A DNA stretch of 64,000 nucleotides, taken from Malacoraja senta. Its lineage: Eukaryota. The notes under the pieces are model-generated. The model was not told the origin of the DNA and did not search any database. It saw only the letters and a list, made by a program, of their open reading frames with translations. The stretch spans positions 5,952,001 to 6,016,000 of the forward strand of contig CM075992.1 in the NCBI GenBank assembly GCA_038087875.1, in the 5' to 3' direction. Within the stretch, counting starts at the first letter, position 1. Every line of letters starts with the position of its first letter. A program made the position numbers and the translations under genes. Positions 36,129 through 50,223 of this stretch are shown one piece after another.

Positions 36129-37339
36129 CTGCCAAAACAAAGACATTTGATCTGAGATTTAATTTGAAGGGAAGACTCTTATGAGATGAACTGAAAGTAA
36201 AATAAGTGAGGTGGGGGGGGGGGGGGTGGAAGAGGGGGGATATGATGAATATGAAATATTTTACTTCATAACCTACATCGTGTATTAACATTGAAAAGCC
36301 AGACTAAGACCAAAATCTTCCTTTTCTCAGTGAGACATTTACAATTCCCACACCACAACCACCCCTGATTCTTAAACACTATTATCATTTAAATGCTTCC
36401 AAATTTCAAATATATTTTTCTAAGATGAAGTGAACCTGATAATTCCCTGAATCAAAGATTCCCGAGCTGTGTTGTTTATCATGGGATGGGGAAAGACACA
36501 CAAGAGAAATTGTGCAATGAAAGATTCACTGAGGCTTGGGTATTTAACACAATGTTGAATAATGTTAATAATAGGCACATATGGGTTAAAGTATAAAACA
36601 TTTGCCAGTTGAGGTAAGCAGAATAGCTGGTTAATCTGGAACAATGTAATAAATTGTCAATGTATGAGACAATGAGTTACTCCAGCATTTTGACATTATC
36701 AATGTATCACCTATGTACAGAGGAGGAGAATGGAAAGTCTTGTTCTATCTATCAAAATTTCAAACCCACTGAAATGTTGGGCCAGTTAGTTATTGGGCAT
36801 TTTCTTTTTTTTTTTTTTTTTTTTAATTTTAAATTTTCTAATGTTTATACTTGCTGCTCTTGTAAATTGAAAACGCATGTGTAACAAAAGCAAAATATGC
36901 AAATATTATTTTACCAAAAGGCTTCTTCACGTGGTGGACCGGATTCAGACCATCAGACTTCTTGCTGTGTGTAATATAAGTTGCTCTGCAGTACCAATCA
37001 TTAAATACTCATTTTAGCATAACTGGAGTAACTCAGTGGGTCAGACAGCATCTATGGAGAACATGGATAGGTGTTCATGCATCCAAAGATGCTGCCTGAC
37101 CCAGCGAGTTTGCGCCTTTTTTTTTTGTAAACCTGCGCCTGCAGTTCCTTGTGTGCTCATTTAAACGTCTGGACAAGCAGCTAAATCAATATCCACGCAG
37201 AAACACACCTGTGAAACTGTCCTGTACCCATTTCGTTAGCATGACTTCCCCAGCCAACAATGGGCCATTATGGACTCTATTCTTCCTGAGGTCATCTGTT
37301 GCCAGCCCGAATTTGTCTGGCCTTTTTTCGCCTCCAGGC

Positions 37340-37520
37340 ATACCTAGTCAATTAACCTACAAACCTGTACGTCTTTGGAGTGTGGGAGGAAACCAAAGAT
37401 CTCAGGAAAAACCCACGTAGACACGGGGAGAATGTACAAACTCCGTACAGACAGCGGCCGTAGTCGGAATCGAGCCCGGGTCTCTGGCACGGCAAGCGCT
37501 GTAAGGTAGCAGCTTTGCCG
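37340..37520 (-). mobile_element. V-SINE fragment
   Basis: caattaacctacaaacctgtacgtctttggagtgtgggaggaaacc...cggaatcgagcccggg. Confidence 0.8.
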
Positions 37521-38719
37521 TCCTAAGGAATGTTTCTTAGCTGTGTCTAATTCAAGTTGCTTTTGTGTTTTAATAGTTACATCGTCCTTCACCGGGATAA
37601 TACTCCTGAACACAGCTGATGCTGTTGCCACGTCCTATGATTCATTGCATCAGGGTTGATTTTCTAGCTTGATGATAACAGTAGAACGAAGAACATACCA
37701 TGCCAAAAGGTTACAGATTGTGGTGTGAGATAATTTTGCTTATTGCCCACAGCATTCCACTGTGGGGAAATCTTTAGAGAATAAGGTCATTTTAGATGTT
37801 AAATCTGTCCTTAATTTATACCAGTTAGCATGCCTGCAGTAAACACAAGGGCACCCTTAGTCAAGCCACATAACAAAGAAGATTTTCAATCTGAAAACTG
37901 GACTGCGTGGTTATCATTTATATCAATACTATTATGGTCAGATAAATATGCAACAGGTAGCAGAACGAGGACAAAGTTAGGAAGGCTGATCAACACTGCC
38001 ACACTTTTGGCCGTTATTTCACTCAGGAGTTGCCCATTTCGGTCAGTGGTGCTTTCCGGGTGATGCACAAAATATATTTGGCGCTCTTGCTATTCTCAAT
38101 GCTTCTTCCGTGTAGTGTTCAATATGATGGAGTATTTCTTCACAGTTTAATGACAGTAGCATGTGATTTGCTTGTCCATGAATGTCCTGATATCATGGGA
38201 TCTGTCATATCCGTCACACCCACTGCTATCAAGCCAGAGAAACAACACTGGTGCAAGGCGTGCAAAGGCACAAGGCTAGAGTAGTATCAGGTATAACTGC
38301 AAGGTGCCAACACCAAAGACTAAGAGCCACTCCCTTCTATCCTTTTATTATTACTACTCTGCCATATTTGGTAGATATGCCTTGCCTGTGAAACATGGAT
38401 CATGATGCAGAACTCTAGGTGCTGGCTGAAAAGTTTCATTCTGCAGGTACAACATCAGGCCATCGTTCACCATTACTGATATAGTATTTTTTATTTCTAT
38501 TTATCTTTAGAACTGAAAATAAGTTCCCCAGTAAAAGCATCAGCATTGAAACACTCCTCTAGATCAGTAATTTAGACATAGATTTACCAGCCCTGTAATT
38601 TAATCTCAACTTTTTAATATTTATGTTCCCAACAATGCTGCTACCTTCAATCAATTATTTAGATAAGAGGAACCAGTAATTGCTGAGTTGTCACTGCTGA
38701 ACAAGTAGCTTACAAATTA

Positions 38720-39039
38720 AAGCCCTGTCCCACGGTATGAGTTCATTCCAAGAGCTCTCCCGAGTTTGCCTTGATTCGAACGCGGAGATTTACGGTAATG
38801 GCCACTCGTCTGTACTCGGGGCTCTTGTGGACATTTTTCAACACGTTGAAAAATGTTCACGAGTCTTCCCGTGCTTACCTGCCGTCAGCGAGTCTTCCCG
38901 AGTACCTGCCGTTAGCGTTACGAGCCGCTAAGAGACGTCCCCGAGCTCCGACGTTCCCGCTACGTTCTTACCACGAGTTTGATTTTTTTTTAAACTCGGG
39001 AGAGCTCTTGGAATGAACTCGTACCGTGTGACAGGGCTA
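38720..39039. mobile_element. PIF/Harbinger-like MITE, 320 bp
   Basis: 47-bp terminal inverted repeats with 2 mismatches (AGCCCTGTCCCACGGTATGAGTTCATTCCAAGAGCTCTCCCGAGTTT). TTA on both flanks. CpG-rich interior. Confidence 0.88.
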
Positions 39040-39205
39040 TTAGTCACGACTAAAAACCTATTATCAAAATTTCTCTTTTCAAGATGTGGGAAGTTCCAGT
39101 GGCATCTCAACAATTTCATACCAAAGGTTTACCATATATAGCAGCACCGACAATAATTCAAAATATCTTTTGGCTCCTTAACAGTCCAACACTCTTACTA
39201 TTATT

Positions 39206-39406
39206 GACACAAAATGTTGGAGTAATTCATTTGGTCATGCAGCATCTTTGGAGAAAAGAAAAAGTTAGGGGACTCTCAGTCTGAAGAAGGGTCTCAACCC
39301 AAAACATCACCTATTCCTTTTCTCCAGGGATGCTGCCTGTCCTACTGATTCACTCCAGCATTTTGTGTCTATCTTCGGTATAAATCAGCATCTGCAGTTC
39401 CTTCCT
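39206..39406. mobile_element. Penelope-derived fold-back element with 17-bp flanking direct repeat
   Basis: Same family arms and a decayed hammerhead core at 39281-39308. Flanked by acactctt(a/g)ctattatt at 39189-39205 and 39407-39423. Confidence 0.8.
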
Positions 39407-40369
39407 ACACTCTTGCTATTATTACTAACTATTATCAGTTAGTATGACATATATATTTGGGCAAAAAAGGAATTGCAATGTGCCCAAAGTCAATTTAATA
39501 AAACCTTATCTCAAGGACAGGCATAATTTCTACCCAGTGTAAAATCAAGTCAAGTTTACAAAAACTCTTCTTGAGAAGCTCAAATATCTATATTGCTGAA
39601 AGGAATTGACTGAGCACTAAAAAGTCTAATGTGCATTTGTTCCAAAGAAAGATAAAATTAAGTTAGACAACCGACCCAAAACCTACCCCAGCCTCCAACA
39701 AAAGCATCCTTCTGCAATCCTCCCACTGTCCAGTGGGGTGGGACTGCACTCGCCTGGTTCCATACTCTATCCAATCACAGCGAGAGAACAAGTAGCAGTG
39801 GCCAAGCCATGACCTCCGCTATCTCAGATTGCCCAATTGGCAAGATCATCACAGGTCTATTTTTCTTACATAATACTAAGAACTCCTAATTTAAACTAAT
39901 CACTCCCTCACTTTTTTGTCAGGTTACTTCTTTGACATTCAGTAAACGTTTCCTCTAATTAAGTACTGGGATGACTGGGGCTTCCAGCCACTGAATGCAT
40001 CTCTATGACATCTGAAACAGACCCGAACTGAACGCAACACGTTGTCATATCAGAACTCAAGATAAGCTTTGGACTACACAGCCTCAACCCGTGGCAATAT
40101 CTGAAACAGAGCTAAACTATTTGCAACTTTGATTTCATATTTGTCCTTTAGTTGATTTTCAGACCTCGTATCTGTACCATCAGCAAAATCTACCTCCTAA
40201 TGACTCCCCAACTCCACTTCTGCTACAGTTTATCGTCCATTTTGCTAGGTTTGACCATACCAACTGACCCATAGACAGGCTACCTTATTAACATTTCTAT
40301 TAACTTGACATCAAACACTATTGTCCTTACCTCAAACAACACCAAGTCCAATTTAACCACTGCCTCAAT

Positions 40370-40930
40370 CTTAGGGAAATGTTACCCCATTACATAGGGC
40401 ATTAGTGAGACCACATCTGGAGTAATATGTACAGAACTAACATCCTTATTAAAAGGATATAAATGTATTAGAATAAATTTTGGAGGTGGATTACTAGATA
40501 GGACTGGTACCTTGAATAGATAGGTTGTCCGAGGAAAGGTTGTACCACAAGGCTAGTTTGTGCTGTTCAGCAGATGTGATTAAAACAAGTAAGGGATCTT
40601 GACAACGTGGATGCGGAGCACATTTTCCTCTTATGAGAAAATGTAAAACTATGATCACTTTTAAAAATAAGATTTTGTCCATTCAAGACAGGCAAGGGGA
40701 AATTTCTTTGGCCAAAGATGAAATGTTTTAAACTCTCTTCTCTAAAAGGTCAGCATAAGCAGAGTCTTTGAACTTGTTTTGGAAAGTAGGCAGATCTTTG
40801 AGAGGCAAGAGGGAAATGTTACCATTGGAATGAGGAAATGTGAACCTCAGGATACAATCACATCAGATGTGAACATGTTAAACGGCAGAGGAGACAGTAG
40901 ATACCAAGTAGCTGTAACTTTCTAATTCAT
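40370..40930 (+). mobile_element. Old CR1 LINE fragment
   Basis: agggcattagtgagaccacatctggagta (RALVRPHLE), followed by decayed CR1 3' sequence. Similar old CR1 debris lies at about 7380-8990 (-), 30370-30800 (+) and 50640-51460 (-). Confidence 0.6.
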
Positions 40931-42112
40931 ATTTATATTCTCTGATAATATTTTTTTCTTATTTGCCCTCATAACTTGCATGGTTAATTATACAAGAATC
41001 CGATTCAAAATAAGCCCTCGATGCTTAGGCATAAAAGCTAACCTAAGTGGTGTGCTGATAGAATTAACCTGAAATGCTGGCTATTCTTTCAAAGACCCAG
41101 TGGCGCTTTTTGATAAGCAGGGTGGCCTTTGGGGTAAAGCAGTGGAGGAAGAAACTCTGTTACAAGGTCAAGATGCTGAGGTTGTCCCAACCTCAACCTC
41201 CCTCCCCGTTACCACCCCATCCTGCATATAATCACTGAAAAGCAGTACTGTTTACAAGAGGAGTTAAAAGAACAAGAGTCACAAATTTGACTCCGCTATC
41301 TTTTATTATACGGTCTGATACCGATGACAATAAGCTTGTTTTAAAAGTAAAGATGCTCTGACCTTTCCTCCATGGACTACATAGACTTGGCCTTCATTTG
41401 CAAGAAAATGAGTGAAAGTATACACTAGAGTTCCACAAACAAGTCCTGTAAATCCAAATGCATTGAAAGATGAATATACTTTATGTTTAAAGCGATGATC
41501 ACTATTTCAAGGCACATTCAAAAGTACTTAACATGGATAGTAATTACCAAGTATTAATGGTAACATTTACTATCCAAATCCTGTGTGCCGCAGTTAAATT
41601 TTATTTGGTTTATATTGGAAATGGACTATGGACTGGAGGATTTAAACTATATTAAAAAGAAAATAATTTCAGCTATGCTAATTTTTAAAGAACTGCGCTT
41701 CATAGGAAAAAAGCTAAAATTTGCACGTCCACATTTGGAATTCTCATTCCAAAGGATAATTATGTTTTCCACCACTGCTCTAGATCAATAAATTTCTAGT
41801 TCATTATACCACATTAGCCAACAGACGGTGCAACTGAGCACATATGGTAGCTGGAAGACCGATTACTGTGGCATAGCACAGAAAAGGACAGGGAATTCAA
41901 GAGAAAAGGAATTAAGAGGGTAGAGCAATCCATATAATTGAATGAGTTATTAGCTTATCTAAAATCTGCGGGCAGCCACGAAGTTTTACCATTAACATGA
42001 CTTATGCTACCTTTTATTCCACAGACATATATGTAAAACTTCCACTTATTTTCAAGAGCATAGTAAACACATTTTCTGCTTGTGTCTCGGCAACAGGGTA
42101 TTAAAAACCTAC

Positions 42113-42658
42113 TTAAATGGAGGGGTGAAGCTTCTCCTCTGGGTGGCCACATTTGGTCTGGTAAGTAACTGTCGCTCTTCAGTGAAGTTGCTGGTTCTTC
42201 GGGGTTATACTCTATTTTGAAATGTTCCTGTTTCACCCTTTTCAGCGGGTTCGGTTTCATCTTTTTCAATGGTGACGGGGAGAGAAATTGGCCCTGAACC
42301 TTTTTTGGTAGGAGTGATCCCGATGGAACCTGCCGGACGGATGGAATGGTCAGACTGAACTTAGTTGATTTACCCGTAGCGGGCGAGAAAGCATGCGTGT
42401 TCACAGTTGGTGATTTCATGCCAGTCGCCACTGGCTTTGGGGACACTTTGAGCCCAGGTGTGACAGATGATTCAAAAGGCTGCATTTTCCTTTTCATGAG
42501 CTCCTTCAATGTGTCTATTGGCGAACCATTAACTGTCCATTCAGTCACCCCAAACTGCCTCAGGTGTGACCTTGCGTGACTTGACAGCCCCTTGCGGTTC
42601 TCAAAGTAATCACCGCAAAATTCACAACGCGTCTCTTTGCTAGGCGTTGAATCAATCG
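42113..42658 (-). CDS. WIZ: WIZ zinc-finger exon (ETRCEFCGDYFENRKGLSSHARSH...SPLHL)
   Basis: 546 nt, phase 1-1. tttcttttatttacAG acceptor and GTAGGT donor. Confidence 0.95.
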
Positions 42659-43665
42659 CTGTAAATAAAAGAAAGGGGAAATTGCAATGAACATTTTTTC
42701 ATATAGACTTCCTCTTAAACATAAGTGAAATTGATTGGTCCACTTCAGGTCTCCTTATGCCATAAGCCTTTCCTTGATTTGAGGAGCAAGCAGGCGACAG
42801 GACAATGCGGTGTAAATTAAGCACAGGAAGAAAGTGGCCTAGGTTATTTTCTTGCATTCCCAAGGAGAAACACTTGGTGTTCACATGCCACAACCAGGAT
42901 TTGGCACAAGGAATGTACAGCAAATCGCAGGATAGGGGTTAACATCAGCTATAACATGCAGTATAACTCGGTCACAATAACCCCCACCCTGTAACCCTCC
43001 CCTCCATTCACAACTCTAATTTACCCATCTCTCTTCCTAAATTATGACCACGGCAGTCTTGTGTCCAGTGACTCAAGCAACTGGACACAGCAACTTTGTC
43101 AGCTCATATGAACGATCATCTTGTTTGTGAGTCCAGACATCAAATGCCAGAAGTTTTCTAAAGCATCATATAAAAAGCCACCAGCATCTATTTGATATGG
43201 AAGGCAATACTCTACAACCAAATCATGGGTTTTATTTTATCTAATAACCCAGCATTGGATTTGACTCAAGGTCCTAGGTCCCGTAAGAATCACTACACAC
43301 GGCAATATTTTTAATCCTTTAAACACCGAGAGTACAGAAACGGTCGATCAGAATTTCCCCACGCATCTCATGCAAAGTGAGAAGTGCTCAAGAATACTCT
43401 ACGCTTAAGGATCAGAAAAGGCTACAAGGTCATCAACAAAAGATGGATTTGACTTATTTTACAACTTCAAATTGCTGAAGTACATACCAAATCACCAATT
43501 ACAATAAAATTGGAAACTTACTTTGCGCATTGAAACTCTTGGACACAGTACTTCAGTACATCAGGTTATTTAAAAGTACTCATTTCCTAATCAATTCACA
43601 ATACTATTTTTCCAGCATTAGTTTCTGCATTCTTGCTTTCAGACATATGGCTGTGCATTCTATGA

Positions 43666-45215
43666 ACAAGGAACTGCAGATGCAGGCTTACAACAAAAGA
43701 CAAAGTGCTGGAGTAACTCAGCATGTCAGGCAGCATCTCTGGAGAACATTGATAGGCGATGTTTCAGACTGACTGTCGGGGGGAGGAGAGAAAAGCTGGA
43801 AGAAAGAAGGGGAAGGATAACGCTGGCAAGTAATAGGTTGATAAAAGCCATCTTCCAAGTTTTGATAGGCAGATGGCTGGAAAAAGGCCAGAAATGAAAA
43901 TACATTAGGTATGAGATGAAAGGAATGGATAGCTGCAAATTGTGATGCAGGGGAAGGAATGTAGGTGAAAAGGGATGTGAGAAATAGGTGCAGGTGGGTC
44001 TGGGGGGGGATCTGTAGTTACCTAAAATTGGAGAATTCCATTTTCTTACGGTTGGGTTGTAAGCTACCCAAGCATAATGTGAGTTACTGTTCCTCCAGTT
44101 TATGTTTGGTTTCATTCTGGGAATGGAAGCAGCCCAGGACAGAAAGGACAATATGGGAACCGGAAGAGAGTTAAAATAGTTAGCAACCTTGAGATCCAGC
44201 AGGCCTTGGCGGACCGAGGGCAAGCATTCTGTGAAACAGTCGTCCAGTCTACGGTTGGTCTCGCCGATGTGCAGGAGGCCTTATCAGGAACACCGAATGT
44301 TGTAAATAACATTAGACTAGGTGCATGTGAACCTCCCACTCACCTGGAAGGGCTGTTGGGGTCTCTGGATGGAGATGAGGGAGGAGGTATGGGAACACGT
44401 GTTACATCTCCTGTGGTTGCAGAAGGTACCTGGGGGGAGGGAGGGTTTGGGTGGGAAGGGATGAGTGAACTAAGGAGTTGCAGAGGGTATGGTCTCTGCA
44501 GAAGGCTGGTAGGGGTGGGGGTGGCAAGATGTCACTGGTGGTGGGCTCGCAGTGGAGATGACAGCAATGTCAGAGGTTGTGTTGGATGCGGAGGCTGGTG
44601 AGGTGAAAGGCGAGGACCTGGGGAGCTTTACCCTTGTTGCGTCTGGGGGCAAGGGAGCAAGAGCACACCCACGGGACAAAGTGAAATCACAGATAAGGGA
44701 TCCATCTATGACAGCAGAGGGAAAACCATGTTTACTAAAGAATAAGGACTTCTCAAATGTCCTAGAATGGAAAGCCTCATCCTGGGAGCAGGCATGGCAG
44801 AGACGGAGAAAGATTAAGGGTGGGGGATAGCGTCTTTGCAAGAGGTAGGGTGGGAAGGCAGCCATAATTGGGACACGAGTGCCCATGGCTTCACCTTTAA
44901 CTTGGAGAAAATGAGAGGAGTCAAAGGAGAAGTTTTTGAGGGTGACGCTAGCGGAGAGTGTTAGTTGAAGGACATCGATTCGGTCTCAGTTCAAAGAAGA
45001 ACCAGAAGGCCTTGAGGCCTTGCTGGTGGGGGATGGAGATGTCAAAGGACTGAACATCCATGGCAAAGGTGAGGCATTGGGAGCCTGGAAACTTGAAATA
45101 TATTGAAGAGTTGAAGGGCATGCGAGGTGCCTCGGATGTAGGTCGGAAGGGACTCGCCAAGAAGGGATAGAATGGAATCAAGGCATTTGGAGATGAGTTC
45201 CGTGCATTGCAATAT
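43666..45215 (-). mobile_element. Decayed Penelope-like retroelement (RT and GIY-YIG remnants plus pLTR region)
   Basis: Minus-strand remnants FAMDVQSFDISIPHQQGLKA (RT) and GEAMGTRV, plus SNVIYNIRCS..GLLHIGETNRRLDDCFTE (GIY-YIG-like). Ends in the ggaactgcagatgc / ctggagtaactcagc terminal motif. Has stops and an internal deletion. Confidence 0.85.
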
Positions 45216-46121
45216 TGTGGATTTCTGAAAAAGGTAAGCTTGGACAGAAGTAGATATGACAAATTACTTAGTACAATTTCCTTAGAAAGTTGGATGAATA
45301 CAATACCTAACAAGTATTCGACTCAAACTGGCACAGTTACTTCTGATCCCTCCCCATTATGGTAAGCTACATTTGTTTGTTAGTCAGCTGCACTCAGTGG
45401 TAATGTTTTTTGCTGTGAATCTGATGGCTGTAGATTCAAGCCACTTCACGCAACCTAACCCAACTCTGCAAGACTGTGAAGTGCTGCCATTTTTAAGACA
45501 ATACTTCTAAATTAAGTGCCAACTACGAACAATCCCAATGCACCTTTGCAGGAAGTGCTTGGAAATCATTCAATATTTTAACTAGCCAGGATTCATTAAC
45601 CAACATCAAAAAGATTAACTAACCATTCATGTCACCATTGGACAAAAAACCTTACTAAGCAACCCACAAAAGTGACAAGACTCAAAACTAAATGTATTGC
45701 CCAGAAAGCACTTAAGGACATTGAGACCATGAACACAACATGGTTTGATCTTAAGCTGACTGATGGATGACATGAACTTGGAAAACAAAAGACCACAATT
45801 TGACCATCCACACTTGAATTTGCACTAATAAAGCTCTGTGAATATTTATAAACAAATCTTTCCAGCTGTTAAGCTACAAATTCATTCTGTCTTCCAAAGT
45901 CATGGATGTTTAAGCCCATTTCTCAGATACTTACTGTAAAGGGTTTACCTTTACATTACAATTAATTTTGCTATGGGAGGAATAACACAAAGGTCTGGCA
46001 CGCAGACATCTGTAGAGATGCCATCAACTCTCCCCCCTTAGGTCATTATGACCACAGGTCCATATATCCTTGAAATACATAATGCATTATCTTGCCCACC
46101 TATCACTAATTAAGACCTTAC

Positions 46122-46553
46122 ACAGATTTATAGGTGACGTTGACCAATAAGATTCGGAAGTCAGCCCATTATTAGGACTCGAGGCCTGAGAAATCCCAGA
46201 TGGCATATGCATTCCCATGGTGACGTGCTTCAGCTTTTTCTGTGTTGACATTGAATGAGATGTTGATGTTTTCTTGTTGACTGGTGATCCTAATTTGAAA
46301 TTGCTCCTTTCCGCTTTGAGGGCAGACACCTTATGGTAGTTGTGCGCTTTCTTCATCGGTAGCATGGATGATAAAGCGTTCTGGAGCCCCTTTTTCTTAA
46401 TGAATTCATTTAGAGCTTCAATCGGAGATCCTTTGGAGTCCATATCCACCGCTCCAAAGTGCCTCAAATGAGCTCGGGAATGGCTTGACAGCCCCTTCCG
46501 GGTTTCAAAGCAGGCACCACACAACCGACAGCTTATGTGTTCACTGTTTACTG
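46122..46553 (-). CDS. WIZ: WIZ zinc-finger exon (CRLCGACFETRKGLSSHSRAH...SPINL)
   Basis: 432 nt, phase 1-1. CAGCAG tandem acceptor (starts 46553 or 46550) and GTAAGG donor. Confidence 0.95.
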
Positions 46554-48607
46554 CTGTGAATGAAAGAGAGAAGTCGTATTTAACACCGTTTGAATGGCAT
46601 CTGTGTTACATTCATAAACCTCTCACACACATCAACCTTGCTATTCCCAGTGCAATCTATGAAGCATTCTGCAGCTCCAGGAAGTAACTCAGTAACCCCA
46701 TATTACAGAATTTATATTTTCTGGGTTTAATTTAGAGCCGAAAAAAATGTTGGTCCTAGATCAGACTGACTTGTCTTGCTATTTGATGTTTTATCTCAAT
46801 TCACCTGGAGTCACAATCGGATCTTTAACCGAGTAGTCTCTCCAGTTGTGGATAGAATACAAATTAAAATCAGCCAAAGATTTCATTCCTGGCCAGTAGA
46901 CAGGAACTCTCACTGGAAGAAGCGTGTGTACCACAAACTCTGAGTGAGAATACTAGACACAGCTGATTCATCCATGCAGTTCAATGGGTTGCCAAACTGG
47001 GAGAGAGCTGGAACGCTGCCAGCAAGCTCGGAACTGCCAAGAAATCACAAGTGCTTCCACTGCTTCCTAGTCAACTCACATGATAAGCATAATTTCTTAA
47101 CAGTGTGGGTTAAGGTAAAGAGGGAGTGATAAATATCATCTGAGGTGCAACAGCGAAGGCACCAAGAACATCTCCAGGCCAAAAGTATGTCTTGCAAGAT
47201 TGAATGAAAGGAAAAGTGAAATTAAATAAAACTGAAGAATATAAAATACAACTGAAAAGCTGCGTCGAGCAGTTTTGCTGAAGGCAGCCTTTCCATGGTA
47301 TGTTGTGGTAAGTGCTGTGATCAGCAAATCCATTTAATTATTTGGGAGAAATGGAAATTAGAAAAAAAGAGAAAGATTGATATGAGTCTTGCCTGATTCG
47401 CAACTACTATAAAGCAATTATGTCAGTTGATTAAGGAGCACAGTCCACATCCCAGATCAATAGATGTATAATGCCAAATGCACAACAACCTGCCTGCCAA
47501 TTCCAGCACCCTCATCAAAATTAAAATGGTAATGGTTGATGACGCAAAAGAACAAACAACAAACTAAGTCTCGAGAGAAACAGACAACCACCACCATTTT
47601 AAAATAAAGGTCCCAGAAGTACATAGAAACAAAGCACCAAAGACAAAAGGTTCCAAACCACAACCATGCATACAGGAGTATAAACAAAATATATAGAGCC
47701 AGGCAAGTACTAGAGCAAATGTGAACAGCCTTAATTTGTGAAAGCAGTGTCATCTACAAAGTGCAGTTTAAAAAGTCGTGCCGTTGTTACATTTGTGTAT
47801 GAATCATGCCATAAAATATTTGGGTATTTAAAAAAAGCAAAATTTAAATGATCAATAGGTGAAGTTTCCATCAACCTTAGTATCTCAGACAGGCTAGCAC
47901 TGAAATTCACCCAACCTTAAATGTATTTTAATATTTCCCTAATCTTTCATCTATCCCTGTTCATTCCTGACCAAAAGAAACAAAAGCCAAGAATTTTAGT
48001 TATTTTAAATAAAATACAATTTAAATAAAATACCTTGGTATACTTTAAATAAGTGCAATAGAACTAAGAAAGTAAAATGAACGAATGCCACAAAGGACCA
48101 TGTCATGTGGCTGCTACAGCTAGTGTTCAAGAGGGCCAAGATATAAATTGCATTCTACAATACTCAAGACACAGGTAGATTCATAGAAAGTCTGAAATGT
48201 GCAACTTTTGAAACATCTACATGGTACAGATAAAATCTACAAAGTAATAACAGATTCTATGCACATCCTATGCTTATCTAAAAATAACTTTAAATCATAA
48301 AATATAGGATTGAATAAATGTAAACTTCCTGTAGGTGTACGAGTCTTTTGGATTAAGATTATGCACAAGAACATTTTATACTAAAAATGTGACCAAAATT
48401 TCATTGGGAATTCACAAAATCCTCAACACATCACACCTTATTCCAGTACCCTTAATCATATTAATGCTATGCTCAAAGCTCATGTCTTCTGACAGAGATG
48501 AAAAATACACAATCTTCTGTTATAATGAAAGGTCTGTAGAAGATAGGATCAAGGGTATTGATGGTTTTTCACTCAAAACAAATCCTACTGTTGCTAGAAA
48601 CAGTAAA

Positions 48608-48900
48608 GGGTGGTGCAGCGGTAGTTATTGCCTTACAGCACCGGGTTCGATCCCGACTACGGGTGCTGTCTGTACGGAGTTTGTACGTTCTCTTTGTGGG
48701 TTTTCTCCGAGATCTTTGGTTTCCTATCACACTCCAAAGACGTACAGGTTTGTAGGTTAATTGGCTAGGTAAATGCAAAAAAAAATAATTGTCCTTAGTG
48801 CGTGTTGGATAGTGTTAGTGTGCGGGGATCGCTGGTTGTCGCCGACCCAGTGGGCCAAAGGGCCTGTTTCCGCGCTGTATCTCTAAACACAAACTAAAAC
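48608..48900 (+). mobile_element. tRNA-derived V-SINE (HE1-type), near full length
   Basis: A-box-like GGTGCAGCGG, B-box GGTTCGATCCC, V-domain gtacggagtttgtacgttctc...ctccaaagacgtacagg, CR1-like tail gggccaaagggcctgtttcc and ctaaa repeats. Confidence 0.85.
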
Positions 48901-50221
48901 AATGTGAATAAAACAAATGGTAAAGCCTAACAGAGCACACAACCATGATGCATGCAGTTTAGCATAATGATTAATTCTTCTCCTCCCACAAATCACCAAT
49001 GACAAAAATTTCACACTTGTTTTAATAACAGAAGTGTGTTGCATTTTTGTTTAGAACAATGGGTTTCCAATTAAAAAGCAATCACCCTTAATTACACCCT
49101 TCATGCTATTGGTTACAGCCTTGCACTAAGACCTAATGAAATCTGCCACAATGCTGTCCATGTGTCTATGAGCAGTAATTATTCTACACCGTCACCTCTT
49201 TTATACCAGTAGACTTGGATAAAACAACAAAACGTACTGTAACATATATTTCTTCACTAACAGAATAATCTACAAGTCAGACCGCCCTGGAAAAGCAGAT
49301 GGGTTTTGTGTCAGTAGCCCAGAACATTTGACTCTGAATTTTATGGCGCTGGAATGTAGCGACGCATTGCATGCTCTTCCCAGAGAAAGATCTACCATGA
49401 TCCGATACAATTCTCTACTCTTACCTATATATATGGGTTTGACTTAAAAACATAGAAAATAGGTGCAGGACTAGGGCATTCGGCCCTTCGAGCCATTCAA
49501 TATTATCACGGCTGATCATCCACAATCAGTACCCCGTTCTTGCTTTCTCTTGATATCTCTTGATTCCGTTAGCCCTAAGAGCTAAATCTAACTCTCTCTT
49601 GAAAACATCAAGTGAAATCTAACTCTCTCTTGATACATTTATGTATATATTATCTGTTCTGAATGGATAATGTGCAAAACTAAGCTTTTCACTGTATCTC
49701 GGTACACGTGACAATAAAAAACCTAAACCTAACTCATCTAAGGTCTAGGACAACTAGGCTGGGGACCAAAAAAAGGTGTTAGATGACATTTACAATAACT
49801 AATATTACTGGCATCTGACTGCAATACAGCACAAAGTGAAATGAAGATCGATGTTGTGAAAGATACCAAAAATGGTAAAGTAACAATTAAATATAGAAAA
49901 TAAAGACCCCTGCTTGTGATAGCAGATTCAGCACAGCACATTAAATGACTTTCAGATATCAATTAAAATGAAAAGAATGCTCACACTACCGAGTTCAGCC
50001 AAGTATTAAATATCGGTATGCTAAAACTCTGCAACACCAGGGCCTGATTGCAATTTGGGTATTTATGACTAAAAATGCTGGAGTAACTCAGCGGGACAGG
50101 CAGCATCGCTGGAGAGAAGGAATACGTGATGTTTTGGGTCAAGACTGCTCCAGGAAAGAGTTTTCCTTTGTTTTCCGAATTAAGCCACAAAGCTATTAAA
50201 ATTAAGTTCTGGATGGTGTGT

Positions 50222-50223
<2 letters not shown>

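Noticed and set aside
43726-45313. Several overlapping 70-165 aa ORFs
   Set aside because: Shadow or broken frames of a decayed Penelope-like element.
48608-48680. tRNA gene
   Set aside because: The A and B boxes belong to the head of a V-SINE. There is no cloverleaf and it continues into the SINE body.
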